This document shows, in pieces, positions 26,627 to 36,100 of a DNA stretch of 64,000 nt. The translations under genes and the position numbers were made by a program. The notes below the pieces were generated by a model that saw nothing but the letters and a program-made list of their open reading frames with translations, made no database searches and was not told where the DNA came from. Location of the stretch: the NCBI GenBank assembly GCA_029261535.1, contig JAJDBF010000079.1, positions 577 through 64,576 on the forward strand, written 5' to 3'. How positions within the stretch are numbered: the stretch's first letter is position 1; each line of letters begins with the position of its first letter. Source of the stretch: Nitrospinaceae bacterium (GTDB lineage Bacteria > Nitrospinota > Nitrospinia > Nitrospinales > Nitrospinaceae).

Positions 26627-26655
26627 ATCCTAGGACCAAAATTTTGGAAAGTCAA
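26627..26655 (-). promoter_or_regulatory. Candidate sigma70-type promoter for the riboswitch leader
   Basis: On the minus strand, TTGACT, a 17-nt spacer, then TAGGAT. The spacer contains the perfect palindrome CCAAAATTTTGG (26636-26647). Confidence 0.25.
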
Positions 26656-26803
26656 ACGTTCAATAATAAATACACGAAAACAGGTGGGCAAAGCCGGGAG
26701 CCGTCCGGGGAATCCTGCTATATTGGAGGTGGAAGTCCGGCGGTAACTCGATGGTATCCAAGCGAGTCGAGCTTAAAGACCTGTAGGGCAAGAGACGCGT
26801 TTG

Positions 26804-27592
26804 CTACTTTGAAAACACTCGTTTGAAAAAAGCCAGCATGGCTTTCCAGGAACGTTCGTCCGCCTGTTTGTTGTAAGCCAAAGCGGCAAGGCCAAATTTT
26901 TTCTGGAATTCATCGGCCTGCGGGTTGGTGTAGCTGTGTTTTACTCCGGCCATGCTGACGTAAGTGAAATCAGCACCTGCTGTTGCCATGTCTTTTGAAA
27001 AAGAGCCGACCGCTTCCGGTTTAAGGAAGCCATCGTTGCCGCCATTTAGAACGAGAATCGCAGACTTGACGGCACCTTTTTTAACAGATGGCTCCAGGGG
27101 CAGGGCACTGTGAAAACCGACAACACCGATGAGGTCTGCGCCACCGCGTGCCATTCTGAGAGAGACCGCCCCGCCAAAACAAAATCCAATGGAGCCGATG
27201 CGTTCCGGGTCAACCGTCGTATGATTTTGCAGAATTTTTTTGGCCGCGTTGAATTTGGCTTGCGATCCTTCCCAGTCCTTAAACGCGGCGGTCATGAATT
27301 CACCTGCTTTTTTGGGATGATCGGCCAGTTTTCCCTCGCCATACATATCGAGCGCGAGAGCGGTGTACCCTGATTCCGCAAGTTTTATTGCGCGGTTGCG
27401 AGCGTGCTGGTTATGCCCCCACCACTCATGAACGACCAGAACCCCCGGACGCTTTCCATTGGCAGTGTTATAAGCCAGAAAGCCGGTGAGCCTGGTGCCG
27501 CCGACAGTGTATTGGATTTCCTCTGATTTAACCTCTGCCTGCGCAGGGGTGACAAGGGCGAACAGCAACAAAACAGCAAGCAAGTGTTTCAT
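26804..27592 (-). CDS. Secreted dienelactone hydrolase-family protein
   Basis: Signal peptide (LFALVTPAQA). PGVLVVHEWWG and GFCFGG (nucleophile elbow with Cys) are typical of DLH. Confidence 0.8.
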   Translation of the reverse strand: MKHLLAVLLLFALVTPAQAEVKSEEIQYTVGGTRLTGFLAYNTANGKRPGVLVVHEWWGHNQHARNRAIKLAESGYTALALDMYGEGKLADHPKKAGEFMTAAFKDWEGSQAKFNAAKKILQNHTTVDPERIGSIGFCFGGAVSLRMARGGADLIGVVGFHSALPLEPSVKKGAVKSAILVLNGGNDGFLKPEAVGSFSKDMATAGADFTYVSMAGVKHSYTNPQADEFQKKFGLAALAYNKQADERSWKAMLAFFKRVFSK

Positions 27593-27995
27593 GGGTGGAT
27601 CCTCAAAGGGGTTAGATGGAGATGGTTTATTGGCAGTTTTCGATTGAAAATATACGACATACCCTGATAAATATAGTCCCTTTCCTGCCCAAAAGAGGGC
27701 ACGGCAAAGGATTTCAGAGGCTTGAAAAAGGTCATTATAACATTCCAGGGGCCTGTGCCAAGTTGAGGAGAAAAACCAGAACGGGCAGTTCTCAAGTTTT
27801 TTGACTAAAAAAATGCTGATATTTTGAGAAATGGGGAATAAAACTCAAAGGAGAATGAAAAATAGCTTTTATTGAGATGTCCAATATGGTAACCTCAGTT
27901 AAATAAGATGGGTTGGCACAGGTCACGTGCGCTTTTCATCTGGATGTGCGCATCGCTTAAAGAAGAATGAAAAAGCAAAAGTATTTTGTTTTCAG

Positions 27996-28022
27996 CCATC
28001 CTTCAGCGGATGGTTTTTTTTT
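27996..28022 (+). terminator. Orphan terminator-like hairpin upstream of cspA
   Basis: CCATCC (27996-28001) / GGATGG (28008-28013) stem followed by a 9-nt T run. No annotated plus-strand gene ends here. Confidence 0.45.
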
Positions 28023-28133
28023 GGCTTGAACACCTTCATGAATTTGTGGCACAGCCGGTCTTTTTTTTTAAACTGGGAGACTTCCTTCAAAATCACTTGA
28101 GAAGTTGTCCCACAATTTTTATGGAGCATCAAA

Positions 28134-28334
28134 ATGCCAGTAGGAAAAGTTAAATGGTTTAACGAAAGCAAAGGGTACGGTTTTATTGAGTCTGAAGAAG
28201 GCGAAGATCTGTTTGTTCATTTCTCTGAAATTCAGGTTGACGGGTTCAAAACCCTGAGCGAAGGTCAGACCGTGGAGTTCGAAAAATCCATGGGGCAAAA
28301 AGGACCACAAGCATCCAAAGTGGTACCTCGTTAA
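28134..28334 (+). CDS. cspA: Cold-shock protein (CspA family)
   Basis: [15 protein letters not shown] (RNP1) and DLFVHFS (RNP2). 66 aa. Confidence 0.95.
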   Translation: MPVGKVKWFNESKGYGFIESEEGEDLFVHFSEIQVDGFKTLSEGQTVEFEKSMGQKGPQASKVVPR

Positions 28335-28354
28335 ACGATCAAATTGATCTCATT

Positions 28355-28391
28355 GCCGGCAGAGCTTCGGCTCTGTCGGCTTACTTTTTTT
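28355..28391 (+). terminator. Rho-independent terminator after cspA
   Basis: GCCGGCAGAGC / GCTCTGTCGGC stem with a TTCG loop, then TTACTTTTTTTT. Confidence 0.85.
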
Positions 28392-28555
28392 AAGGGCACA
28401 TCCAGGAACTACCTGCGGCTATCAGCACCCCTTACACTCTGAGTGTTTTCGTTGCTCTGTTTGTTTCTTTAAAGGGCGCGCTTGTCGCTGTTGCAGAAAT
28501 AATGAATGTTTAGAGACCCCCTTAAGGTTCCCGAATCTTTTCCGGAAGAGGCACT

Positions 28556-28729
28556 ATGCATGAAGTAAGAGTTTATGATAAGACAGGAAATCTGAAAAAG
28601 GTGATCTCGGTCAAGGCCTTGAATAAAAGATCCAAAATGCAGATCGAAAATCCATCGTTGTATCGAAAAAATCGAAAGACAACGAAAGCGACTCCCAAAG
28701 ACACCGCGTCTGTTCCTGCGGTGGATTGA
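28556..28729 (+). CDS. Small protein (57 aa), paralog of the 48601..48810 product; absent from the ORF track
   Basis: My translation: MHEVRVYDKTGNLKKVISVKALNKRSKMQIENPSLYRKNRKTTKATPKDTASVPAVD. GAAGAGG lies 5 nt upstream of the ATG. The first 25 residues align with MFYEVRVLGKTGDIKKVISSKKLSKK of the second copy. Confidence 0.6.
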   Translation: MHEVRVYDKTGNLKKVISVKALNKRSKMQIENPSLYRKNRKTTKATPKDTASVPAVD

Positions 28730-29123
28730 GGCCCACTTTTTGTCCCCTTTTAAAAGTGGGGTGCGGAAGCCGGATTATAATATCCCTCCCGCATTTCGTT
28801 GGCAGTTCCCTCCTCTAATTTTCGCGGAAAAAATTACGGGATGTATTCTCAGGGCGTGCCCGCATTTTTATACGGGCTCCTGAAAATTCCGTAGCTTAAG
28901 AAAAACACTTTAAGCTCACACATTAAATTTGGTTTTGAGGTTTCGAGTCCAGGCATTTCGTATGTCTGAGATTGCGATGTTTTGAGTGGACCTCTCTTAC
29001 CTGAATTACTCCTGCGTATGACAACGGCGGGGGCTTGCTTTATTGAGCCACCACCAGAGTCGCGGATAATTTTGATAAGTGTTCTATTGATAAACAATAT
29101 CGAAACAGGTTGCTGAGAAATTT

Positions 29124-29170
29124 GGCCCCCTGTTGCGGTCACCCTGAGTGAGTCGTAGGGTGCAAGAGGC
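29124..29170. repeat. REP-like hairpin module related to the 9.4-kb and 44.8-kb repeats, locus 4
   Basis: TTGCGGTCACCCTGAGTGAGTCGTAGGGTGC (29133-29163). It has the TTGCGGTCA core seen at 9346-9354 and the same GTCA-YYCT-GAG...AGRR hairpin architecture as GTCATTCTGAG...GAAGAATC. Confidence 0.5.
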
Positions 29171-29302
29171 CTAAAACCAGGAGTCATGCCTCGACATTAA
29201 TTGTCATGAGCTGATATGAAAAAGCTCGGCATGGCATTCTTGGAAGTTTTCATAGTGGAAACTTTTTTCAGTAATTTGAAGTATTAAACACAAAGGAAAA
29301 AA

Positions 29303-30643
29303 ATGACGAATTTAGCAACAGCCCCTGCCTTAGAGGGGTTTGCCTCCCTGAACCTGATAACGCCTATTTGCAAAGCGGTTCAGGAGGAACAATATGTTAA
29401 TCCTACGCCCATCCAGTTGAAAGCCATTCCATATTTATTGCGTGGGCGCGATATGCTGGCGTGCGCCCAGACAGGAACAGGGAAAACGGCGGCCTTTGCT
29501 CTGCCTATTTTGCAGAGACTTTCTAAATCAGAAAGAGGGCCACGGTCCAAAGGCATCCGCGCTTTGGTTCTGACTCCGACGCGTGAACTGGCGGTGCAGA
29601 TCAGTGAAAATTTTGAAATATACGGACGTCACCTCAGGTTGCGGCATTTGGTCGTGTATGGCGGGGTTAGTCTTGGCAACCAGGTTCGCTTGATAAAAAG
29701 AGGAGTGGATATTCTGGTGGCAACTCCGGGGCGTTTACTCGACTTGATTCGACAGGGGCACCTTAGACTCAACGAAGTGGAGCTGTTTGTTCTCGACGAG
29801 GCTGATCGCATGATGGATATGGGATTTCTTCCCGATGTGAGAACCATCGAAGCAAAACTTCACCCTGAGCGGCAGTCCATGTTGTTTTCTGCCACACTCC
29901 CGGCGGAGATTGAAAAACTTTCAAAGCAGTTTTTAAAGGATCCGGTAAAAGTGGTGGTAGATCCTCCATCAAGCACGGTGGAAAAAATTGATCAGCGTCT
30001 ACTGTATGTGGATCGCGAGAATAAAAGTGCCCTGCTTGAAACCGTTTTGCAGGATGAAAGCATCGAGCGCGCGCTGGTGTTCACGCGGACCAAGCATGGA
30101 GCCAACAAGATTGCCAAGAACCTCAGCAAAAGTCGAATTCGCGCTGAAGCGTTTCATGGTAATAAATCACAAGCCGCGCGCACCTTGGCTCTGGAAAAGT
30201 TTCGTTCCGGAAAAGCGAGGGTTCTGGTAGCAACCGATGTAGCATCACGCGGGTTGGATGTCGATGGCATCACGCATGTGATCAATTATGAACTGCCTAA
30301 TGAGGCCGCGAATTATGTGCACCGCATCGGTAGAACCGCGCGGGCAGGGGCCACGGGTGTCGCGATTTCATTCTGTGACGCAGGTGAACGTTTTTTCCTC
30401 CGGAATATCCAAAGGGAAATTCAAAAAGATCTGGACGTCATTGGAGGCCACCCCTTTCCAGCAAAAATTGCTCCGGTGAAATCAGGAAAAAAACGGGGTG
30501 GTGGAGCTGAGAAGAAAAACGGAGCTCCTCAGCGGGCAAAAAGGAATAATAAACCCGCTAAAAGCACTGGCTGGAAGCCGGGCAAATATTCAGCGAAAAA
30601 GAAACCCGGTTTCAAGGGTCGCCCGTCAAAAAGCAGGGATTAA
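29303..30643 (+). CDS. rhlE: DEAD-box ATP-dependent RNA helicase (RhlE-like) with a basic C-terminal tail
   Basis: Q motif, AQTGTGKTAAF, PTRELA, DEAD, SAT and HRIGRTARAG motifs. The tail is K/R/G-rich. Confidence 0.9.
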   Translation: MTNLATAPALEGFASLNLITPICKAVQEEQYVNPTPIQLKAIPYLLRGRDMLACAQTGTGKTAAFALPILQRLSKSERGPRSKGIRALVLTPTRELAVQISENFEIYGRHLRLRHLVVYGGVSLGNQVRLIKRGVDILVATPGRLLDLIRQGHLRLNEVELFVLDEADRMMDMGFLPDVRTIEAKLHPERQSMLFSATLPAEIEKLSKQFLKDPVKVVVDPPSSTVEKIDQRLLYVDRENKSALLETVLQDESIERALVFTRTKHGANKIAKNLSKSRIRAEAFHGNKSQAARTLALEKFRSGKARVLVATDVASRGLDVDGITHVINYELPNEAANYVHRIGRTARAGATGVAISFCDAGERFFLRNIQREIQKDLDVIGGHPFPAKIAPVKSGKKRGGGAEKKNGAPQRAKRNNKPAKSTGWKPGKYSAKKKPGFKGRPSKSRD

Positions 30644-30673
30644 CAACCTTGTAAAATTATTTCGATAATACCT

Positions 30674-30708
30674 GGCTCCACCACCTTGCGGTGGGGCCAA
30701 ATATTTTT
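30674..30708 (+). terminator. Rho-independent terminator after rhlE
   Basis: GGCTCCACC / GGTGGGGCC stem (one G-U pair) followed by AAATATTTTT. Confidence 0.55.
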
Positions 30709-30750
30709 ACCCCGCAACGGTTTTTTGTTAGGGTTCGAAATTTCTCTACT

Positions 30751-30791
30751 CAGCTCCACATCCTCTTGACGGGGGGTGTGGGGCTGTTTTT
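30751..30791 (+). terminator. Second plus-strand terminator-like hairpin
   Basis: CAGCTCCACA (30751-30760) / TGTGGGGCTG (30777-30786) 10-bp stem with one G-U pair, followed by TTTTT. Confidence 0.45.
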
Positions 30792-30838
30792 ATGTGACCC
30801 ACAATATAGTTTTGGGTCCATTCATGGCACAGGCTATT

Positions 30839-33064
30839 TTATTTTGAAGTCATCGAATAGACTCCATCCCAATCGGAGGGAGGCGGGTGTTTCAGAAAAT
30901 CGCGACAGCGCAGGAGATAAGTATTGGAAGGCCCATCGCTTTCATCAATGGTCAACACATTTTCAAAACAATCGATTCCCTTTTTCCATTCTCTGGTTTT
31001 GTAACACCCAATCCCTTCGTTGAACAAGGGTAGTATCGTTTTCATAGAGTCGGATAGTTTATTCTTTTTCCCCAGCAATTCGTAAATGATCACAGGCTCC
31101 GCCTTGCCCATCACACGAATCCGGTCGAGCTCTCTGACTTCGACCGCATCCTTGACAACCTCATAAGTGAATTGACTGATCATGGTGTGCGTGCCGTATT
31201 GTTTGTTCACTCCTTCCAGTCTCGCCGCAAGGTTAACTGAATCGCCCATCATGGTGTAGTCCATGCGCGATTTCGACCCCATGTTGCCGACCACCATCGG
31301 TCCTGTATTGAGTCCGATGCGCATGGTCAATTCGTGCCGTCCCTGCTCTTTCCAAACAGCACGCATTTCCGCCAGACGTTCCTGCATGTCGAGGGAGGCC
31401 AGGCAGGCCCGCCGTGCATGGTCTTCAAATGGAATGGGTGCACCAAAGAAAGCGATGATGGCATCGCCTTCAAACTTGTCCACCGTTCCCTCGTAACCCA
31501 TGATGATGTCGGTCATTTCCGTCAGGTACTCGTTGAGCAAGGAAGTGAGTTGTTCTGGTGTCAATGCTTCGGAGATGGTAGAGAAGCCTGCAACATCGGA
31601 AAAGAAAGCGGTGAGCACTTTGCGTTCGCCGCCGAGCTTCAACAGTTTTGGATTCTTCACGACCTGATCGACCACCGTGGGTGCAAGGTATTGGCTGAAC
31701 GCTCCCTTGATAAACCTCTTTTCCTTTTCTTCGAATACGAATCGGTGCAGAGTGATTCCGGTATAAACAAATAACTGGGTGAACACGGGATAGACGGAAT
31801 TCAGCCACAACCCCTTTTCAACGAACAAGTAGTAATCTGTCAGCAAGTAACTGGAAATCCCGGCCCCCAATAGAAAAAATGTAGCCAGTGCCCGAAAATA
31901 CAGGCCGATCAATCCCAACATAAAACCGGAAATAAGAATGACGCAGATGTCGACCAATTGAATCCAGGGGGGTCGTGATAAAAAATCCTGCTGAATAATA
32001 TTTTCGATGAGATTGGCGTGAACTTCCACGCCTGGATAGAGCGATTCGTAAGGCGTGGTTCTTAAATCGAACGCCGATGCCGCCGTGGCACCGAGCAGAA
32101 CAATTTTTCCTTGAAGACTGTTGGCTGGAACCTTGTCGTTCAATACATCTGTTGCTGAAATATGTTGGAAGGTGTTTTTGGGACCGTAATAATTGACCAG
32201 CAATTCACCCACTCCGGTCGTCGGGATTTCAGTTTCTCCAAGCTTGACCCGATCAATACCGAAGGGGGCAATCGCAATACTGAGAGGTAATCGTGTGGCT
32301 TGCTGAAGGACCTGCAGGCCGAAAGGAGGAAACTGGTAATCGCCATGGTTGACCACTGCCGGTACTCTGCGTACCACCCCGTCGATTTCCGGTGAGTAGG
32401 TAACAAACCCCGCGCTGTTGGCACCGTCCATCAATTTAGGGATCGACATGCCCACCCCAAATATTGGATGGATGGTGACAGGATTTTCCTGGTCGAATCT
32501 TTGAACCACCGAATATTGGGAAAACTCCAACTGATCGAGGTGATTCTGGTTCAACTCTTCCACTGTTCGGTCCGCCTGGGAACGATCCTGATACACATAG
32601 TAACTGAGGACGGAGCGGTCCGACTGTAGAAGGGACTCCGCAAAGCGGCTGTCCGAATCGCTGACCTGCTCCAGCCAGGAGACCAGTTCCTGCTGAGTCA
32701 TTTTTGAGGTGTCGATGTTTTTAAAAGCGTCGCGTAGAAAATCAAAGGGAACGTAAGGATCTTTTTCGGGGAAGAAAATATCGATGCCGACCACGGCGGC
32801 ATTGTGTTCCACCAGCTTGTCGAGTAACTGCGCCAGTTTACTGCGAGGCCAGGGCCAGCGGCCCTGCTCCCTCAGACTCAACTCGTCGATGGCAACGATC
32901 ACCACCTGGTTGGAAATAGTTCGCAGACCGCGGGAGGCGACTTTCAGATCGTAGGCTTTAAGTTCCAGGAGATGGAAAAGTCGGGAGTCTTCTGTATAAA
33001 TAAAAAGGGACAGGAGGGAGAGAGCAATGGAAATTGTCAGGGAATTAACCCAAGCCTTTTTCAT
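30839..33064 (-). CDS. CHASE2-sensor class III adenylate/guanylate cyclase
   Basis: N-terminal TM helix plus a periplasmic region with the CHASE2 hallmark GRWPWPR. A cluster of TM helices follows, then the cyclase core (FFSDVAGFSTISE, FEGDAIIAFFGAP, RIGLNTGPMVVGNMGS, YTMMGDSVNLAARLEG) and a helical C-terminal tail. Confidence 0.85.
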   Translation of the reverse strand: MKKAWVNSLTISIALSLLSLFIYTEDSRLFHLLELKAYDLKVASRGLRTISNQVVIVAIDELSLREQGRWPWPRSKLAQLLDKLVEHNAAVVGIDIFFPEKDPYVPFDFLRDAFKNIDTSKMTQQELVSWLEQVSDSDSRFAESLLQSDRSVLSYYVYQDRSQADRTVEELNQNHLDQLEFSQYSVVQRFDQENPVTIHPIFGVGMSIPKLMDGANSAGFVTYSPEIDGVVRRVPAVVNHGDYQFPPFGLQVLQQATRLPLSIAIAPFGIDRVKLGETEIPTTGVGELLVNYYGPKNTFQHISATDVLNDKVPANSLQGKIVLLGATAASAFDLRTTPYESLYPGVEVHANLIENIIQQDFLSRPPWIQLVDICVILISGFMLGLIGLYFRALATFFLLGAGISSYLLTDYYLFVEKGLWLNSVYPVFTQLFVYTGITLHRFVFEEKEKRFIKGAFSQYLAPTVVDQVVKNPKLLKLGGERKVLTAFFSDVAGFSTISEALTPEQLTSLLNEYLTEMTDIIMGYEGTVDKFEGDAIIAFFGAPIPFEDHARRACLASLDMQERLAEMRAVWKEQGRHELTMRIGLNTGPMVVGNMGSKSRMDYTMMGDSVNLAARLEGVNKQYGTHTMISQFTYEVVKDAVEVRELDRIRVMGKAEPVIIYELLGKKNKLSDSMKTILPLFNEGIGCYKTREWKKGIDCFENVLTIDESDGPSNTYLLRCRDFLKHPPPSDWDGVYSMTSK

Positions 33065-33143
33065 AGCGGAATTTTATCAGTACCCGCTTTAAAGGTAAAG
33101 GCAAGGCAAGGCTTGGCAAATTGCCCTGGGGTCCGCACCGGAA

Positions 33144-36100
33144 TCAGGAACAACCCGCCGCCGCGTTTTTCAGGAAGCGGGTGAGGAACGTGCTCTGCGT
33201 GCCGGAGTTGAAGCCAGTAATAGGAAAGGTCTCGACCAGGTTGACATTACCTGCGGCGATGAAATTTCCAGCCGCGTTGATCTGCGCCGCCTTTACATTG
33301 ATGTTGCCTGCAGATGCAACCGTAACACCTGATGGCATGTTGAACTGACCAATCGTGTTGTTTTCGAAATCCGCAATCGCAGTGAAGTCAAACTGTGTCG
33401 TCGCAACATTGGTCAGGATGTTGATGTCGGTGATGGCATTCAATTGAAGGCCTTTGAACGCGGATGCTCCTCCAAGGAAAGTGATATTTTTGCCCGTGTT
33501 CATGATCACATTGCGGTTGATATTGGCTACGTTGAGCGGGGTGATATTATTCGCAAAAATATTCCCCGCATTAAACCCGCCGATAGTCAGGTCACGGGCA
33601 AAGATATTGGAAAGCTCCACTTTCGATATCTGCATGCCGCAACCGCCGAGGCAGGAGGCATTACCCACACCAATGGAACCGCCATCCGAAACGTTGATGG
33701 AAATATCGCCGGTGCCTGCGTTGAGGGTGAAGGTTGGCGCGTTGACGTAATCGTTGGCTGAAATTGAAATATTGTTATTGCTGGAGGCGACCGTGACACC
33801 CGCACCAAAATTGACATTGCCCGCGCCGTTGCCGTCGACATCCGCTTTCAGGTTAATGCCACCGGCGGTTGCCGTGAGGCTATTCTGAAAATTGATGTTG
33901 CCGTTGGCATTGGCATCAATACTCCTTACGGTCGAATCCTGATTCACAAAGTTTATGTTCTGCGACGTATTGAGTATGAACTGGTTGACCGAATTATTAC
34001 TGACGTTGTCTACATTGATATTGCCCTGGGAGAAAAAGGACAACTTGTTGGCGGTGATGGTATCTAGTTCCGCATCGGCTAGACTCATGCCAGCCCCGGC
34101 GGTACCCAAATTAAGGTTCTGATTGTCCGAAACCGCAACGAAAACGTTGCCGGTCCCCGCATTGAGACTTCCCGGCAAGCTGATGTCATCTGCATTGATC
34201 AAAACATTGTTATTATTTGACGTGACATTGCCAGCAATCGTCAACGTACCGGAACCCGGAGCGGCGGTGTCTGCATTCATTGTGAGAACGCCGTTGGCGC
34301 TCATGTTGCTATTGATATTTATATTACTTTGAGCACGCAGGGTAACAGCTCCGTTGGCGACGATCCCGGTACCGACTCCTTGGCCATTCAGGTTAAAGAA
34401 ATCTGCCGAATCGAGAATGACCCCGGGCGCAATCGTCAGGATGCCATTGTTGTCGGCATCGCTATCGGCATTGATCTCCAGGGCACCCGTCGTGGCCGTT
34501 ACGTTGCCCGCGATATTGATGCCATCATTGATGAACAAACCCGCAGATCTAAATACGGCCCCACCGGCACCCACGTTTAGCTGATTGGCTGAATTGAAGT
34601 TGACATTGTTAATGTTGGCGGTTTGTGCCGCCGTAATGTTATTGATCGAAATCGTGTTGGTCCCGGTGTCACCCACCTGCAATGTTCCTGCCGAAATACG
34701 TGACAACTCGCCGCCGTCGATTGTCAGATCGCCTGCACCCGTACCGACCCCGGTTGTGCGGTTATTGGATGCTCTAACGGTGAAAGTGTTTGTGCCTGTG
34801 TTCACATTGCCGTTGAGCGCGACATCTGCGGCTGTGACAAAAATGAAGAAATTTCCGGCACTGGAATCGACTGTCTTGCCTGCGCCCACCATGAAGGTGC
34901 CGGTACCGTTGTTGTCCAAATCCGAGTTGAAGCCCGAATTGCCACCTATACTGGTATTGGACTGCAAGTCTATAGAGTTGTTTGCAGAGAGGTTTAAACT
35001 GCCAGCCGCATCGATCATGGCACTGCCTGCATTCAGCCGCAATACGGAGTTGGAAGTGAGTGTTGTTCCGGCGGCGATATCAAGGTCTCCGATGGAATCG
35101 TTGTTGAAATCAGCGTTCAGTGTGAGGTCCTGCACGGTGGAGGACACGTTTTCCTGAACATTTATCCGATCGTTGGCAGTGGCTGTCAGGAACCTGAAAG
35201 TGGAAGCGTTATTCTGGAACACAATATCCCGCCCGGCGTTGATGAACAGGAAGTTCGCGATATTGTTGAAGCTCGCCGCCGTCACGCCGTCAATGAACAC
35301 GTCGCGGTTGGTTTTAGAGCTGGGTCCAAGCTCCAGGGATCCTGCTGTGATTCTGAGTATTTCAGCGTTGTCCAACTGAAGCAGGCTGGGCCCAGGGCTG
35401 CCAACAACACCCAGCTCCATATCAATGTTTCCCTGTGGAATTATACTGGTGGTTGCTGTTCCACTGTTCAGGTTGCCCTGCAGGTCAATATCGTCCGTGG
35501 AAATCGCCAAATTATCATTGGTCGTATTGATTGTGCTTCCCCCGGCAACATTAAAGTTGCTGGAATTCAGAGAAAGGAAGCTACTGAAGGTGCCTGCTGT
35601 CGTGACATTGGAATTTACATTCACATTTCCACTGGTACCAAGTTGCAACCGGGTAAAAGTACTGCCGGTTCCCGCTCCAAAATTAATATCTCCACCACCA
35701 ATAACATTAATATTCACTTCATTGATCTGATCTGTGTTGGCGGCGGCGACATCTTGTATAAAAAAGTTGCCGGGCCCTTGGAAATCAAGAATTCCATTGG
35801 GCACGACAACCCGGTTCAGATCGGCGTTGTCAATAAAAGCGTCACAAACGCTTCCACAATTGCTGGTGCCGAGTCCAAAACTTGTGCTGGAGGCACTTTG
35901 AATGAGGGACAACGTATCAGTGTCATCGAAGTTAAAGGTCCCATTGAAATCGAAATCGAAGGCGGTGATGACCGAGTTTGCGGTCGAGCCCAGTCCTTTA
36001 ACAGTAAAAGTGGTAGAAGCTTCAATATCGAACACGCCAAGGGCTCCATCCACAGTGGTTACGTTCAGGGTACCGCTGACAACGGAGCCGTCAGCATCCA

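Noticed and set aside
26515-26826. Plus-strand ORF of 103 aa.
   Set aside because: It is antisense to the distal cobalamin riboswitch and overlaps the 3' end of the dienelactone hydrolase gene, and its composition is poor.
27616-27804. Plus-strand ORF of 62 aa upstream of cspA.
   Set aside because: It has poor composition and no RBS, and I considered it only as a possible owner of the orphan terminator. The distance to the hairpin (about 190 nt) makes that unlikely.
28849-29187. Minus-strand ORF of 112 aa in the helicase leader.
   Set aside because: It has no RBS and a poor composition, it spans a REP-like hairpin, and it lies in a region better explained as a long 5' leader.
30691-31023. 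Plus-strand ORF of 110 aa.
   Set aside because: It begins inside two terminator hairpins and then runs antisense to the 3' end of the cyclase gene.
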